Assembly: GCA_023247795.1 (NCBI GenBank)
Contig: JAHFFT010000004.1
Span: forward strand, 9,739 to 73,738
DNA from: Candidatus Omnitrophota bacterium
GTDB lineage: Bacteria > Omnitrophota > Gorgyraeia > Zapsychrales > JANLHA01
DNA: 64,000 nucleotides
Direction: 5' to 3'
Shown here one piece after another: positions 47,587 through 56,966 of the stretch. The translations under genes were made by a program, and so were the position numbers. Below the pieces are notes generated by a model. That model did no database searches. It was not told where the DNA came from and worked only from the letters and a program-made list of their open reading frames with translations. Each line of letters opens with the position of its first letter. Positions within the stretch are counted from its first letter, which is position 1.

Positions 47587-48646
47587 GCAATATTTGCTCC
47601 ACTTTTTCCAAAACATCTTTCACTTCGATGTTCTTTAAACAACTGATGTGATCACAGCTCGCCCGACGAAAATGACGGTAACACGGCCGGCAGGCAATAT
47701 TGCTGGTAACCACCGCGTGTCCTTCCGGCGGATACGGACCGTACACCTGCTCGGGAACGGGTCCGAAGATCGAAACGGTTTTGGTGCCGACAGCGGCCGC
47801 CATATGCAGCGGCCCGCCGTCATTGGTGATGACCAAATCACAGCGCTCTAAAATGGCCGCAGTCTGCAGCAAAGAATTTTCCGCGCAAACCGCGGCCGGC
47901 CGATGGGCCATTCTATCAGAAACCCCTTGCAGCAGTTTTTTTTCCTTCTCACTGCCCATCAAAAAAATCCGGGCATGGTATTTTTCAATCAATTGATCAA
48001 CGAGCTGAGAAAATTTCTCCGGTGCCCAGCGTTTATACAAAGCATCATGACCCCAACTCGCCCCGCCCGCCGGGAAAACAGCCATCGCCAGCTCCCCGCG
48101 CCCAACACCATGTTTGATCAAAAAACTTTCCGCCCAATCCTGGTCCTGTTTCGCCAAAGGCAATTTCATCTGCCTGGTTTGGATCGGAACGGCGAGTTCC
48201 CGCAAAAGATCAAGATAGCAATCGACGACGTGCTTTTTCTCGTAGCCAAAGAACGAAATTTTCTTTGTCAAAAAACGGCCGCGATTACGAAAATCAAATC
48301 CCACTCGCCGCGGGATGCCTGCCCCAAAAGACAAAAAACCCATAAAGCCATTGAGCGAAAGATCCATCACCAAATCGTAATGTTCCCTTTTGATGTCCTG
48401 AACCAAATTAAAAATCTTTTGCAAATACTGGAACTTTGATTTTTGTTGTATGGACTGCCATTCGTCGCGTTCATAAACATGAACCTTATGTAAAGATGGA
48501 TGTCGCTCGAGGAATTGGGCCGCGCGGCGATTCGCCAAATAACCGATTTGGATTTTTGGCGAATGCGCTTTCAAATTCTCAATCAACGGGGTCGTAAAGA
48601 GAACATCGCCGATACCATAAATATTGATGATAAGAACTTTTTCCAT
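47558..48646 (-). CDS. Glycosyltransferase family 9 (heptosyltransferase-like).
   Basis: N-terminal …INIYGIGDVLFTTPLI… and a C-terminal GT-B half, as in RfaC/RfaF. Confidence 0.8.
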   Translation of the reverse strand: MEKVLIINIYGIGDVLFTTPLIENLKAHSPKIQIGYLANRRAAQFLERHPSLHKVHVYERDEWQSIQQKSKFQYLQKIFNLVQDIKREHYDLVMDLSLNGFMGFLSFGAGIPRRVGFDFRNRGRFLTKKISFFGYEKKHVVDCYLDLLRELAVPIQTRQMKLPLAKQDQDWAESFLIKHGVGRGELAMAVFPAGGASWGHDALYKRWAPEKFSQLVDQLIEKYHARIFLMGSEKEKKLLQGVSDRMAHRPAAVCAENSLLQTAAILERCDLVITNDGGPLHMAAAVGTKTVSIFGPVPEQVYGPYPPEGHAVVTSNIACRPCYRHFRRASCDHISCLKNIEVKDVLEKVEQILQSPVSSDKS

Positions 48647-48656
48647 CCCAACCTTT

Positions 48657-49499
48657 TCATTGAACCGCTGTTTTACCGCGCTTAGAAGTTTTATAGCGAA
48701 CCCTTAACCACTTGAATGGATGATACCAAAATTTGCCATTGATCAGCCGCCAATCGGCCTGACTGAGCTCGTGCTGGGCAACGCGTTCTTCCATGACCTT
48801 GGGATGCGTTCCCAAATACGCCGGGAATCGATTGAGATCGCCGTAAGAATATTTTTCTATTCGCTCTTCCGAGCGGAGTGTGGCAAAACCGATATTTTCG
48901 GCATTGACCCGACGCTGCGTCATGATCTCTTCTGGATGCACCCAGCCGTAATGATACAAAAGACAACTCGTGGCCCGATGTCGCAACCGCTGTTGGTCTT
49001 TGCGTCGGAACCCCGCGGCGTCACCGCAAGACTCCACTTGCCCGCTATTTTTAACAATCCGTTCGCTCTTTTGAAACCATCCGTAATCGATCCGATAACG
49101 GTAATAACTTCCATAAAAATGCAGCCAACGCAGCCGTAAGGCATCCACTTGATCGTCGTGAAGATATTTGCGCATGCAGTTTAAAAGCGGCCGATGGTCT
49201 TTTTCGTGAATGACTTCATCCGACTGCAGATAAAACGCCCAATCGCCAGAGCATTCGGCCAAGGCCCGATTGGTTTCATCGGCCAAGACCGTTGCCCCAA
49301 AATTCATGTCCCAAACGGATTGGATGATCCGGATTTTGGGGTCACGCAAGGTCTTGAGCAATGCCATCGTCCCATCTTCTGAATCCCCGACGTTGATGAT
49401 GAATTCGTCACAGATCGGTAGAATCGACTGGATTGATTCTAAAATGGGGTAATTGTATTTGATCACATTGCGGGCAATGGTGAATCCGCTGATTTTCAT
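48657..49499 (-). CDS. Glycosyltransferase family 2-like protein.
   Basis: MKISGFTIARN… with DxD-type …VGDSEDGT…. The track start at 49538 is a TTG inside a palindrome; ATG at 49499 is preferred. Confidence 0.65.
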   Translation of the reverse strand: MKISGFTIARNVIKYNYPILESIQSILPICDEFIINVGDSEDGTMALLKTLRDPKIRIIQSVWDMNFGATVLADETNRALAECSGDWAFYLQSDEVIHEKDHRPLLNCMRKYLHDDQVDALRLRWLHFYGSYYRYRIDYGWFQKSERIVKNSGQVESCGDAAGFRRKDQQRLRHRATSCLLYHYGWVHPEEIMTQRRVNAENIGFATLRSEERIEKYSYGDLNRFPAYLGTHPKVMEERVAQHELSQADWRLINGKFWYHPFKWLRVRYKTSKRGKTAVQ

Positions 49500-49520
49500 A
49501 TCATGAAATGTGCTTTTCCA

Positions 49521-49567
49521 CGCACCCCCGGGGTTCAACTCCCGGGGTTAAACCCCGGGGGTGTGCG
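49521..49567. repeat. Triple copy of the CCCGGGG palindrome: CGCACCCCCGGGGTTCAACTCCCGGGGTTAAACCCCGGGGGTGTGCG.
   Basis: It overlaps the GT4 stop (encoding …TPGV*) and is the same motif family as 4914 and 41686. Confidence 0.7.
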
Positions 49568-50681
49568 TTGAGGATTTGAATAAATCTTGATAAACACCCA
49601 ACGTCTCTATCGCGGTCTTCGTGAACGAAAAATCCTGAGCGCGTTTGAGCGCTTTTTTCTGCAAGCCGACTTTCAGCTCCCTATTCTCGATAACATTCGT
49701 TATCGCCTGGGCGATTTTATCCGGATCATAAGGATCGACTGTTAAAGCCCCGTCGGCGGCGATTTCCGGACAGGAGGAAACATTCGATGTCACCACCGCG
49801 GCCCCGCAGCAAAACGCCTCAATGATTGGAAACCCAAATCCCTCATAAAACGACGGAAAAACAAAACACTCGGCCAAATTGTAACAGCGGCGCAAATCGT
49901 CGTCCGAGACGAACCCCGGAAAAATCACACTGTCCTGCAAATATAAATTTTTAACCGCCTCGTCCATCCCTTCCAACATCCAACCCTTCATGCCGGCCAC
50001 GACAAGCTTACCTTTGAATTTTCCATCTTCTTTCAAAATCGAAAAAGCCAACAAAAGATTTTTTAAGTTCTTGCGCGGTTCTATCGTCCCGACAAACAAA
50101 AGGAAAGGCGGTTCAATGCCTTTTTTCTTTAAGCTCGTCCTTCCCTTTTCAAGCGCTTCGCCCTCAAGAGGGAAAAAAGTGGTTTTATCAACCCCTTGGT
50201 ACACCATCTTGACCCGCTGTTGATCAACCGGAAAAAAATGGTTAAGGTCCTTCAACGTGCTTTGCGAACAGCAAATGATCTGATCGGCGCGCTCAACCAC
50301 CGCCTGCATCTGTTTTTCCGTCGTGTCAATGGTCTGCTGAGTGTGTCCCTGTGGATAGGTCCGATAAACCAAGTCGTGCACGGTAACAACAACCTTGGCC
50401 TTGTTGATATGGATCATGTCTGGTGATGGGGAATGGTAAATGTCAACCGTTTGCAACGTTTGGTCAATGCCTTGACCGAGCCAATCGATCTTCACCAAAA
50501 AATTTTTAGCGTCAAAATGCGGGACATGACGTTTGAAATCGAAATATTTCTTCTGAGCGTAAAGCCAATATTCATTTTGCTGATCCAATTCACTCAAAGA
50601 CTTGACCAAATTATACGCGTACCGGCCGATCCCGGCGTAATTCAACTTTAAAAATGAACGGCAATTGATCGCGATGCGCAT
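49548..50681 (-). CDS. Glycosyltransferase family 4 (GT-B, Glycos_transf_1).
   Basis: …FVGTIEPRKN… and …FPSFYEGFGFPIIEA… (EX7E motif). Confidence 0.85.
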   Translation of the reverse strand: MRIAINCRSFLKLNYAGIGRYAYNLVKSLSELDQQNEYWLYAQKKYFDFKRHVPHFDAKNFLVKIDWLGQGIDQTLQTVDIYHSPSPDMIHINKAKVVVTVHDLVYRTYPQGHTQQTIDTTEKQMQAVVERADQIICCSQSTLKDLNHFFPVDQQRVKMVYQGVDKTTFFPLEGEALEKGRTSLKKKGIEPPFLLFVGTIEPRKNLKNLLLAFSILKEDGKFKGKLVVAGMKGWMLEGMDEAVKNLYLQDSVIFPGFVSDDDLRRCYNLAECFVFPSFYEGFGFPIIEAFCCGAAVVTSNVSSCPEIAADGALTVDPYDPDKIAQAITNVIENRELKVGLQKKALKRAQDFSFTKTAIETLGVYQDLFKSSTHTPGV

Positions 50682-50688
50682 GAACCGG

Positions 50689-51852
50689 CTATTTCCGTTT
50701 CTTTAAAAAATTCCGCACGGTTTCGACGACGTAATCCATTTGGTCCAATTCGAGGTCCTGATGGATGCCGATATGAAAACCATGATCGCCGCAATATTCC
50801 GCCTCGGGGAAATCACCGATTTTATGTCCTAAAAATCGATAACCGGGACACTGGGTCGGCATGGAATAAAAAAGATTGCGCGAGTCAATCCCCGCGCCGT
50901 CAAGATCGGCAACCAGATCGTCTTTCGTAAATGGTTGGCCTTCCCTCAAAATGATCGAAAACGCGTGCGGCCCGATCTTTTCCCCTTTCTCTTCTTTAAT
51001 GAAAATGAACTGCTCTTCAAACCGCGCAAACTTTTCAATCAGATAGAGCAGGTTCCGACGACGTTTCTTTAAGGTCTCCTGAAAAATTCTGATGTTCCCA
51101 ATGCCGACCGCGGCCTCAAGTTCATTCATCTTTGCTGAAAAACCAATCCGCTGAAAATCAAATTTACCAACGATGCCATGATTGCGAAGTGAGCGCAGGA
51201 TTCCGGCCATCTTCTCATCATTGGTGATCACAATACCGCCTTCGATCGTGGTAACGATATGCGCCGCGTACAAACTGAAGGCCGCCATCTGCCCAAAGGT
51301 CCCCAACAACTGACCGTTAAGTTCGGCACCATGGGCCTCGGCCGTATCTTCAATCACAAACAACTTATGCCTTTTCGCGATGGCCATGATTTCTTTCATC
51401 GCTGCCGGCTTGCCCATCAAATGCACCGGCATGATGGCCTTGGTTTTCTTGGTGATCACTGCCTCGATTTTATTGACGTCGATATTAAGGGTCTCTCTTT
51501 TGACGTCCACAAAGACCGGCTGGAACCCAGCTTGAAAAACCGCGTTGCCAGTCGCGACAAACGATAACGCCGGGACAATCACCTCATCTTCGCGCTTCGC
51601 GCCATAATCATACAAAACCGCCAGACTCAACGCGTCCGCGTCGGTGCCGCTGCTGACCGCGACCGCGTCCTTCACCCCAAACAACTGAGCAAAACGCTCT
51701 TCAAATTCCCGCACGTATTTCCCGCGTGTCACCATTTTTATGTCAAGGGCTTCATCGATCAATCGACGGGACTCATCGGTGATCGAAACGGTGCCGAAAG
51801 GATTTTTATACTTCACTTTTTTTTCCAAATTCTCGTGGGGCTGCGGCTTCAA
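50689..51852 (-). CDS. Second DegT/DnrJ/EryC1/StrS-family sugar aminotransferase.
   Basis: 387 aa with fold-I PLP motifs (…AVSSGTDADALSLA…). Confidence 0.85.
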   Translation of the reverse strand: MKPQPHENLEKKVKYKNPFGTVSITDESRRLIDEALDIKMVTRGKYVREFEERFAQLFGVKDAVAVSSGTDADALSLAVLYDYGAKREDEVIVPALSFVATGNAVFQAGFQPVFVDVKRETLNIDVNKIEAVITKKTKAIMPVHLMGKPAAMKEIMAIAKRHKLFVIEDTAEAHGAELNGQLLGTFGQMAAFSLYAAHIVTTIEGGIVITNDEKMAGILRSLRNHGIVGKFDFQRIGFSAKMNELEAAVGIGNIRIFQETLKKRRRNLLYLIEKFARFEEQFIFIKEEKGEKIGPHAFSIILREGQPFTKDDLVADLDGAGIDSRNLFYSMPTQCPGYRFLGHKIGDFPEAEYCGDHGFHIGIHQDLELDQMDYVVETVRNFLKKRK

Positions 51853-52574
51853 AGCAGATGTCCTTTTCCTAAAATTTTTTGGGCTTGTTCGTATCGTTCC
51901 GGGGTCCCGATATCTAGAAGTCTTTCTTTGATCACATGGCCGTACAATCGCTGTCCGATCAATTTTGAAAACACGTCATATTCAAGCGAACAGGGTTTCT
52001 TGTCAGGAAAATGAGAAAAAATTTTTCTTTGGAAGCAATAAATCCCGGCGTTCATCAGCCGGCAATTTTTTTTCTGACTGGCCGCTTCTTTTTCGAGAAA
52101 GGAGCAGATTTGCCCATCTGGTTTCAACTCAATTTTTCCGACGTCCTGGCGCTCATCTTCCATCACAACCAGAGTTGCCAAAGCCCGCTTGGCTTGGTGA
52201 AACGCGAATAAGTCCTGATAAGCGAGATCACAAAAAGAATCCCCATTGAGGGCAAAAAAAGTATCGCTTTTGATCAATCTTTGAGCATTTTTAAGCGCCC
52301 CGCCGGTTCCTAACGGCTCGGTCTCTCTCGAAAACGCGATTTCTAGCCCTAAATTGTTTTTGCTATAATAGTCCTCAACTTGACTGGCCTCAAATCCGGT
52401 ACACAAAATGAACCGGCTAAAACCCTGCCCCTGTAAATATCGCAAGAGCAGGTTCAAAAAAGGCTCCGATTTGATCTGCGCCATGGTCTTTTGTTGGTTG
52501 CCGATCCGCTCACGCAGACGTTTACCCAAACCACCGCAGAGGATCAACATATCGTGGGATTTGAGATTTGACAT
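51849..52574 (-). CDS. hddC: Sugar-1-phosphate nucleotidyltransferase (HddC-like D,D-heptose-1-P guanylyltransferase candidate).
   Basis: The LILCGGLGKRL nucleotide-binding loop, and it neighbours the HddA-like kinase and GmhB-like phosphatase. Confidence 0.7.
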   Translation of the reverse strand: MSNLKSHDMLILCGGLGKRLRERIGNQQKTMAQIKSEPFLNLLLRYLQGQGFSRFILCTGFEASQVEDYYSKNNLGLEIAFSRETEPLGTGGALKNAQRLIKSDTFFALNGDSFCDLAYQDLFAFHQAKRALATLVVMEDERQDVGKIELKPDGQICSFLEKEAASQKKNCRLMNAGIYCFQRKIFSHFPDKKPCSLEYDVFSKLIGQRLYGHVIKERLLDIGTPERYEQAQKILGKGHLL

Positions 52575-52665
52575 GGTATTTCTCAAAAATGGCCTGGAAC
52601 GGCTTTACACCTATGCTATGATACCAACAAAGATTTAATAAGCAACCAAATTATTCTCGAGCATT

Positions 52666-54378
52666 ATGACCAATCGACTCGCTTCCTTTTCCCAAAAGAT
52701 GGTTCCTTTCTTTTCACAAGTTCCTTGTTTTGGGGATGTTACATTCCTGTCCTTATTGACAATCCTGCTGGTCTTCCAACCCCACTATCTTCATGGAGAG
52801 CTGGACATTTTTGAATGGGGGATTTATCTTCCCGGGATCCAGGCACTTTTAGACGGCCAAGTGCCTTATCGCGACTTTTTTCTCCTACGCGGGCCGCTTG
52901 AACTTTATATCCCTACCAGCTTGATGACCATTTTCGGAAAAAATTTCAGCATTTTATCCACCTATTTTTACGTTGGCACAGTCATCACCCTCATCATCTG
53001 CATTCTTCTCGCTAAGGAAATCTTCCGCACCCGATTTCTTTTATACCTCTTTGTTCCCATCTTAGTCACAAAAACTTTTCCAAGGGTAGTTTTTCATATT
53101 TGGGGCGGGATGCGTTATGGATGGGGATTGCTGGCCATTCTCTTTTTTCTTTACTTCCTAAAAAAACGGCGTCCACTTTGGATGATCTTAGCCGGTGGCA
53201 GCGCGGCACTGGCGGCGTTGACTAGCATTGAAATCGGATTCTGCGCGGCCATGGGTATCGTTTGCTGTCCCATCTTCTTCTTTCTTCTAAAAAAACAAAC
53301 GTTCGCGGAAAGCTTGACCGCCATTCAATCCTTCGCGATCGGATTTTGTATTCCCGTGTTGCCATGGATTTTTTACGCTTTCACCCATCACGGCCTGCTT
53401 CCTTATATTGAAACGACGCTGACCGTGGTCACGCAAATGCCCCAGGTCTTTCCGGATTATCTGCTCGACAACCATCCGCAAGGTTGGCGACAATGGTTAT
53501 CTTCGCTCATCCCGGCCGCTGCGGATTTCAAATATTTTTCTCCGGCCTGGGCCTATATTTTTACATTTTTCTATCTGGCGCTGCGTTATAAAAAAAATAG
53601 ATTAACTGACAACCAGCTCCTCGTCTTTCCCCTTTGGTTTTATGGATTGGCCCTATTCCTTTCTTCTTTACGTAAAATTGGGGCGGCCCAATTTGAGATG
53701 TCTTTGCAACCGGAAAAACTCCTGCTCTTCTTTTTGCTAGAAGAAATTTACCTTCGCCTGAACAAAAGTGCGAACTTCCCCCGAACCTTCAAAACCTATG
53801 GCGTTCTCATCTTTACTCTTACCTTGATCATAACAACGCTGTCGACGGCGGTCCTCAAACTCACCAAACGCTCTTACCCGTTTCGCTGCCTCAGCCACTG
53901 GCTCAACAATAAAAATTCCGATGATGCCATTCCCTTCCCATTCTACGTACCGCGGGACCAGGCCCAAACCCTGGGACTTCCTCGGGTTTACGGACGTATC
54001 GTCCCCGACTGGCAGGCCAAAGAATTGAATGAATTGAATGCGTTCCTTCAAAAACATACCAAAGACAAGGAAGCTGTTTTTATGTTTCCAGAACTGGGGA
54101 CCTACAGCTTTATCTTCAACCGGCCTCAGGTGGGAAGGTTCGGCAATGCCTCTTTTTCCTGGTTGAGTGAAAAATGGTTTCAAGAGCTCATGCAAGACTT
54201 AAAGACGCGAAGCCCTCGCTACGCGATTCTTGCCAAAAAACCTGCCCCGACGCTAAATGCCTACCTGAAATTAGAACGGAATCAAAAAAAATTTGGTGAG
54301 ATGAAAGGCTACATTCTCAAAAACTATCATTCCATCTTATCAACTCAAAACTGTGACGTTTTTGAAAAAAATGGGTGA
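52666..54378 (+). CDS. Large polytopic membrane protein (570 aa) with a C-terminal soluble domain. It resembles a GT39/GT83 (ArnT/PMT-like) glycosyltransferase or a glycan polymerase.
   Basis: About 12 predicted TM helices and then roughly 180 aa of soluble C-terminus. It is the only plus-strand gene and is convergent with the hddA-like gene (6-nt gap). Confidence 0.55.
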   Translation: MTNRLASFSQKMVPFFSQVPCFGDVTFLSLLTILLVFQPHYLHGELDIFEWGIYLPGIQALLDGQVPYRDFFLLRGPLELYIPTSLMTIFGKNFSILSTYFYVGTVITLIICILLAKEIFRTRFLLYLFVPILVTKTFPRVVFHIWGGMRYGWGLLAILFFLYFLKKRRPLWMILAGGSAALAALTSIEIGFCAAMGIVCCPIFFFLLKKQTFAESLTAIQSFAIGFCIPVLPWIFYAFTHHGLLPYIETTLTVVTQMPQVFPDYLLDNHPQGWRQWLSSLIPAAADFKYFSPAWAYIFTFFYLALRYKKNRLTDNQLLVFPLWFYGLALFLSSLRKIGAAQFEMSLQPEKLLLFFLLEEIYLRLNKSANFPRTFKTYGVLIFTLTLIITTLSTAVLKLTKRSYPFRCLSHWLNNKNSDDAIPFPFYVPRDQAQTLGLPRVYGRIVPDWQAKELNELNAFLQKHTKDKEAVFMFPELGTYSFIFNRPQVGRFGNASFSWLSEKWFQELMQDLKTRSPRYAILAKKPAPTLNAYLKLERNQKKFGEMKGYILKNYHSILSTQNCDVFEKNG

Positions 54379-54384
54379 GAGGTT

Positions 54385-55383
54385 TTAGGACACGCGGCCG
54401 GTATTGGGCTGGTAAAAAATGATCTGGCTTCCCAGGGTTTCAAATTTGAAGGGGACTTCTAGGAATTTTCTTAACTTCAGGCGAACATTCTGCTGTCTTT
54501 CCGGCGCAACAAAAAGAAGAACAAACCCGCCGCCACCGGCCCCAAGCAATTTTCCACCGATGGCCCCGGCCTTGCGGGCGGTATTGTAAATCTCATCAAT
54601 GTGCGGTGTGGTTATTTTCTCGGACAACGTCCGCTTCAACTGCCAAGATTCATGCAACAATTTTCCAAACGCTCTCATATCTTTGTTTTGTAAAATCTTA
54701 AGCGCCTCTTGCGTCAGGTCATAGATGGATTTCAATTCTTTTTGCTTATTCGCGATATTTTTAACCTGATGGGCGGCGATCTGTGAGGCGGTCCGGGAGA
54801 AACCGCTAAAAAACATCATGAGATGATTTTGCAAATCCTGCAGGGTCTGCTTATTCGCGGTCACTTTACGGACCCGCAAATGATGCTGCCCCCCGAATTC
54901 GATGTAATTGAACCCACCGTAAGCGGCCAAGGTCTGGTCCTGACACCCAACATTTTCTTTGCACATCTCCTGTTCGATCGTAATGGCCTCCCTTGCCAAC
55001 TGTTCATCCGTCGGCATAACCCCTTTCAAGGCATAAAGGCTGTTTAATAACCCAACGGTGAATGATGAACTTGATCCCAATCCGGTGCGGGCCGGTAGGT
55101 CTCCGTCGTGATGGATTTCGATCCCCTGCTCAATTTTCAAAAATTTCAAAACTTCCCTTACCGCGGGATGCTTGATCTTTGAATGCCGCTGGACATGTTC
55201 GGTCTTCGAATAAATGATCCGCGACTTGTGTTCAAAAAATGGCGGCAAATATCGGCAGGTGATGTAGCAGTATTTATCAATGGTGGTGGCCAAGACCGCA
55301 CCTTTGTGTTTTTCAAACCAACCGGGATAATCGGTGCCTCCGCCGAAAAACGAAACCCGAAAGGGTGTGCGGCTAATGATCAT
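54385..55383 (-). CDS. hddA: GHMP kinase (D-glycero-alpha-D-manno-heptose-7-phosphate kinase HddA-like).
   Basis: N-terminal RTPFRVSFFGGGTDYP and the GHMP motif PARTGLGSSSS. Confidence 0.8.
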   Translation of the reverse strand: MIISRTPFRVSFFGGGTDYPGWFEKHKGAVLATTIDKYCYITCRYLPPFFEHKSRIIYSKTEHVQRHSKIKHPAVREVLKFLKIEQGIEIHHDGDLPARTGLGSSSSFTVGLLNSLYALKGVMPTDEQLAREAITIEQEMCKENVGCQDQTLAAYGGFNYIEFGGQHHLRVRKVTANKQTLQDLQNHLMMFFSGFSRTASQIAAHQVKNIANKQKELKSIYDLTQEALKILQNKDMRAFGKLLHESWQLKRTLSEKITTPHIDEIYNTARKAGAIGGKLLGAGGGGFVLLFVAPERQQNVRLKLRKFLEVPFKFETLGSQIIFYQPNTGRVS

Positions 55384-56894
55384 CGTAGGATTTCCTTTTC
55401 TTCCAAAAGTTTACGTCTCAATTTGATTTTAGTGGATTTACCTGTTTCATCAACCGCAATCTGTCCGAATTTTTTCTTTAACAAATTAAGGAAAGCGGGA
55501 TTGGTATGATATTTTAACCAAGCCTCATCGCGAAAACGCAAGACTTCCGCGGCCGTGAGGTATTTGGTCGGCAAGGGCTGCGTCTCATAAGAATGCTGAG
55601 AATATCCCGCGTAGGTTTCCGGAAGTTTCCATCCTTGCTGTCTGGCAATGCCATACAGGGGACTTCCCGGATACGCCATCGCGCTATAAAAATTGGCCAT
55701 CTCGGTGTTCATCTCCATGGCCAGGTCGAGCGTCATTTGCATGCTGTCCCTATCGTCCTCGGGCAATCCGAAAATATAATTGGCCGCGACATTGATACCG
55801 GCATCGCGGATTTTCTTGACGACCGCGCGGATGTCCACATCGTCAAAGCGGCCCTTGGTGACATCTTTGCGGACTTTGGTATTGCCGCTCTCGATCCCTA
55901 AGGCCAGATAATTGACCCCAGCTTTTTTCAGGATCGCTAAATAATTTTCTTTGACGGTATCGACGCGGGAATAACACCAGATGTTAAAATCAAACCCGCG
56001 TTCAATGATCAACTCACATAATTTCATGAAATGATTGGGGTTCAAAACAAACAGCTCGTCGGCGATCTTGATATTTTTAATCCCCAGTTTCGCGAATATC
56101 TCAAAATCGCGAATGATGAATTCCGGTTCCCAGTAACGAAAGACCGCGCTGCCGTCGGCATATTCATTTTCCTGACGGTTGATGATGTTGATCATGCAAA
56201 AGGAACATTTCATCGGGCAGCCGAGGCTCGTATAAAGTGCGGCAAAGGGCGCTCGCTCACAACCATTGGGCATGGCGTGCCAAAGCGCGGTGCGGTAATT
56301 TTTCATCGGCAACTTATCCCAGATGACACCGGAAAGTTCGGAAGACAAATCCTGCTTGGCAACAATCAGCGAAGGAGGATTGAGAATGATCTGACCGTTG
56401 TCTCGATGACCCAAACCCGGCACCTGATCAAGTTTATCATTCAGGTTGGTCAGTAAAAGAAAAGAAATGGTATAAACCCCTTCATTCTGGCAGACCAGGT
56501 CGATAAAGGGATGATTCTCCATCACCTCGCGAGGGAGCGCCGCCACATGTCCACCGACAAAAAGAATTTTTATTCCCGGAGATCCTTGTTTGACCTTTTC
56601 AGCAAGGTTCACCGCGCCCGCCATGTTTTGCGAACTGGCCGACGGCTGCTGGCCGTAGACGACGAAACAAGCCACCCGCGGATTTGCTTCCTTGACTTTC
56701 TGGGCGGCGGCAACATCGTCCAGATGCAAGGCTTCACAATCCAAGATGTCCGCGCCAAATCCCCGCTTCAAACAATGGGCGGTCAGCATCCCAGCCCAAA
56801 TCGGCGGCTCAACCGCGGAAAAATCTTCGCTCAAATCCTGATAAATTTTTTTTGCGGCATTGGGATGGATGAAGAGGATATCACATTTTTTCAT
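55380..56894 (-). CDS. Cobalamin-binding (class B) radical SAM enzyme.
   Basis: N-terminal B12-binding Rossmann domain plus the CPMKCSFC motif (Cx3Cx2C) and a TIM-barrel core. Confidence 0.85.
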   Translation of the reverse strand: MKKCDILFIHPNAAKKIYQDLSEDFSAVEPPIWAGMLTAHCLKRGFGADILDCEALHLDDVAAAQKVKEANPRVACFVVYGQQPSASSQNMAGAVNLAEKVKQGSPGIKILFVGGHVAALPREVMENHPFIDLVCQNEGVYTISFLLLTNLNDKLDQVPGLGHRDNGQIILNPPSLIVAKQDLSSELSGVIWDKLPMKNYRTALWHAMPNGCERAPFAALYTSLGCPMKCSFCMINIINRQENEYADGSAVFRYWEPEFIIRDFEIFAKLGIKNIKIADELFVLNPNHFMKLCELIIERGFDFNIWCYSRVDTVKENYLAILKKAGVNYLALGIESGNTKVRKDVTKGRFDDVDIRAVVKKIRDAGINVAANYIFGLPEDDRDSMQMTLDLAMEMNTEMANFYSAMAYPGSPLYGIARQQGWKLPETYAGYSQHSYETQPLPTKYLTAAEVLRFRDEAWLKYHTNPAFLNLLKKKFGQIAVDETGKSTKIKLRRKLLEEKEILR

Positions 56895-56966
56895 TGGCGA
56901 TGGTGGGCATCAATCTTTCCGCAAGGATTATAGATGATGATCTCTGCCTACGGCAATCTTAATATC

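Noticed and set aside
47903-48439. 178-aa plus-strand ORF
   Set aside because: It is antisense to the GT9 gene.
49500-49538. GT2 N-terminus MNPGGAWKSTFHD (track start 49538)
   Set aside because: The start is a TTG embedded in the CCCGGGG palindrome, so the first 13 codons are repeat-derived. ATG at 49499 (MKISGFTIARN) is used instead.
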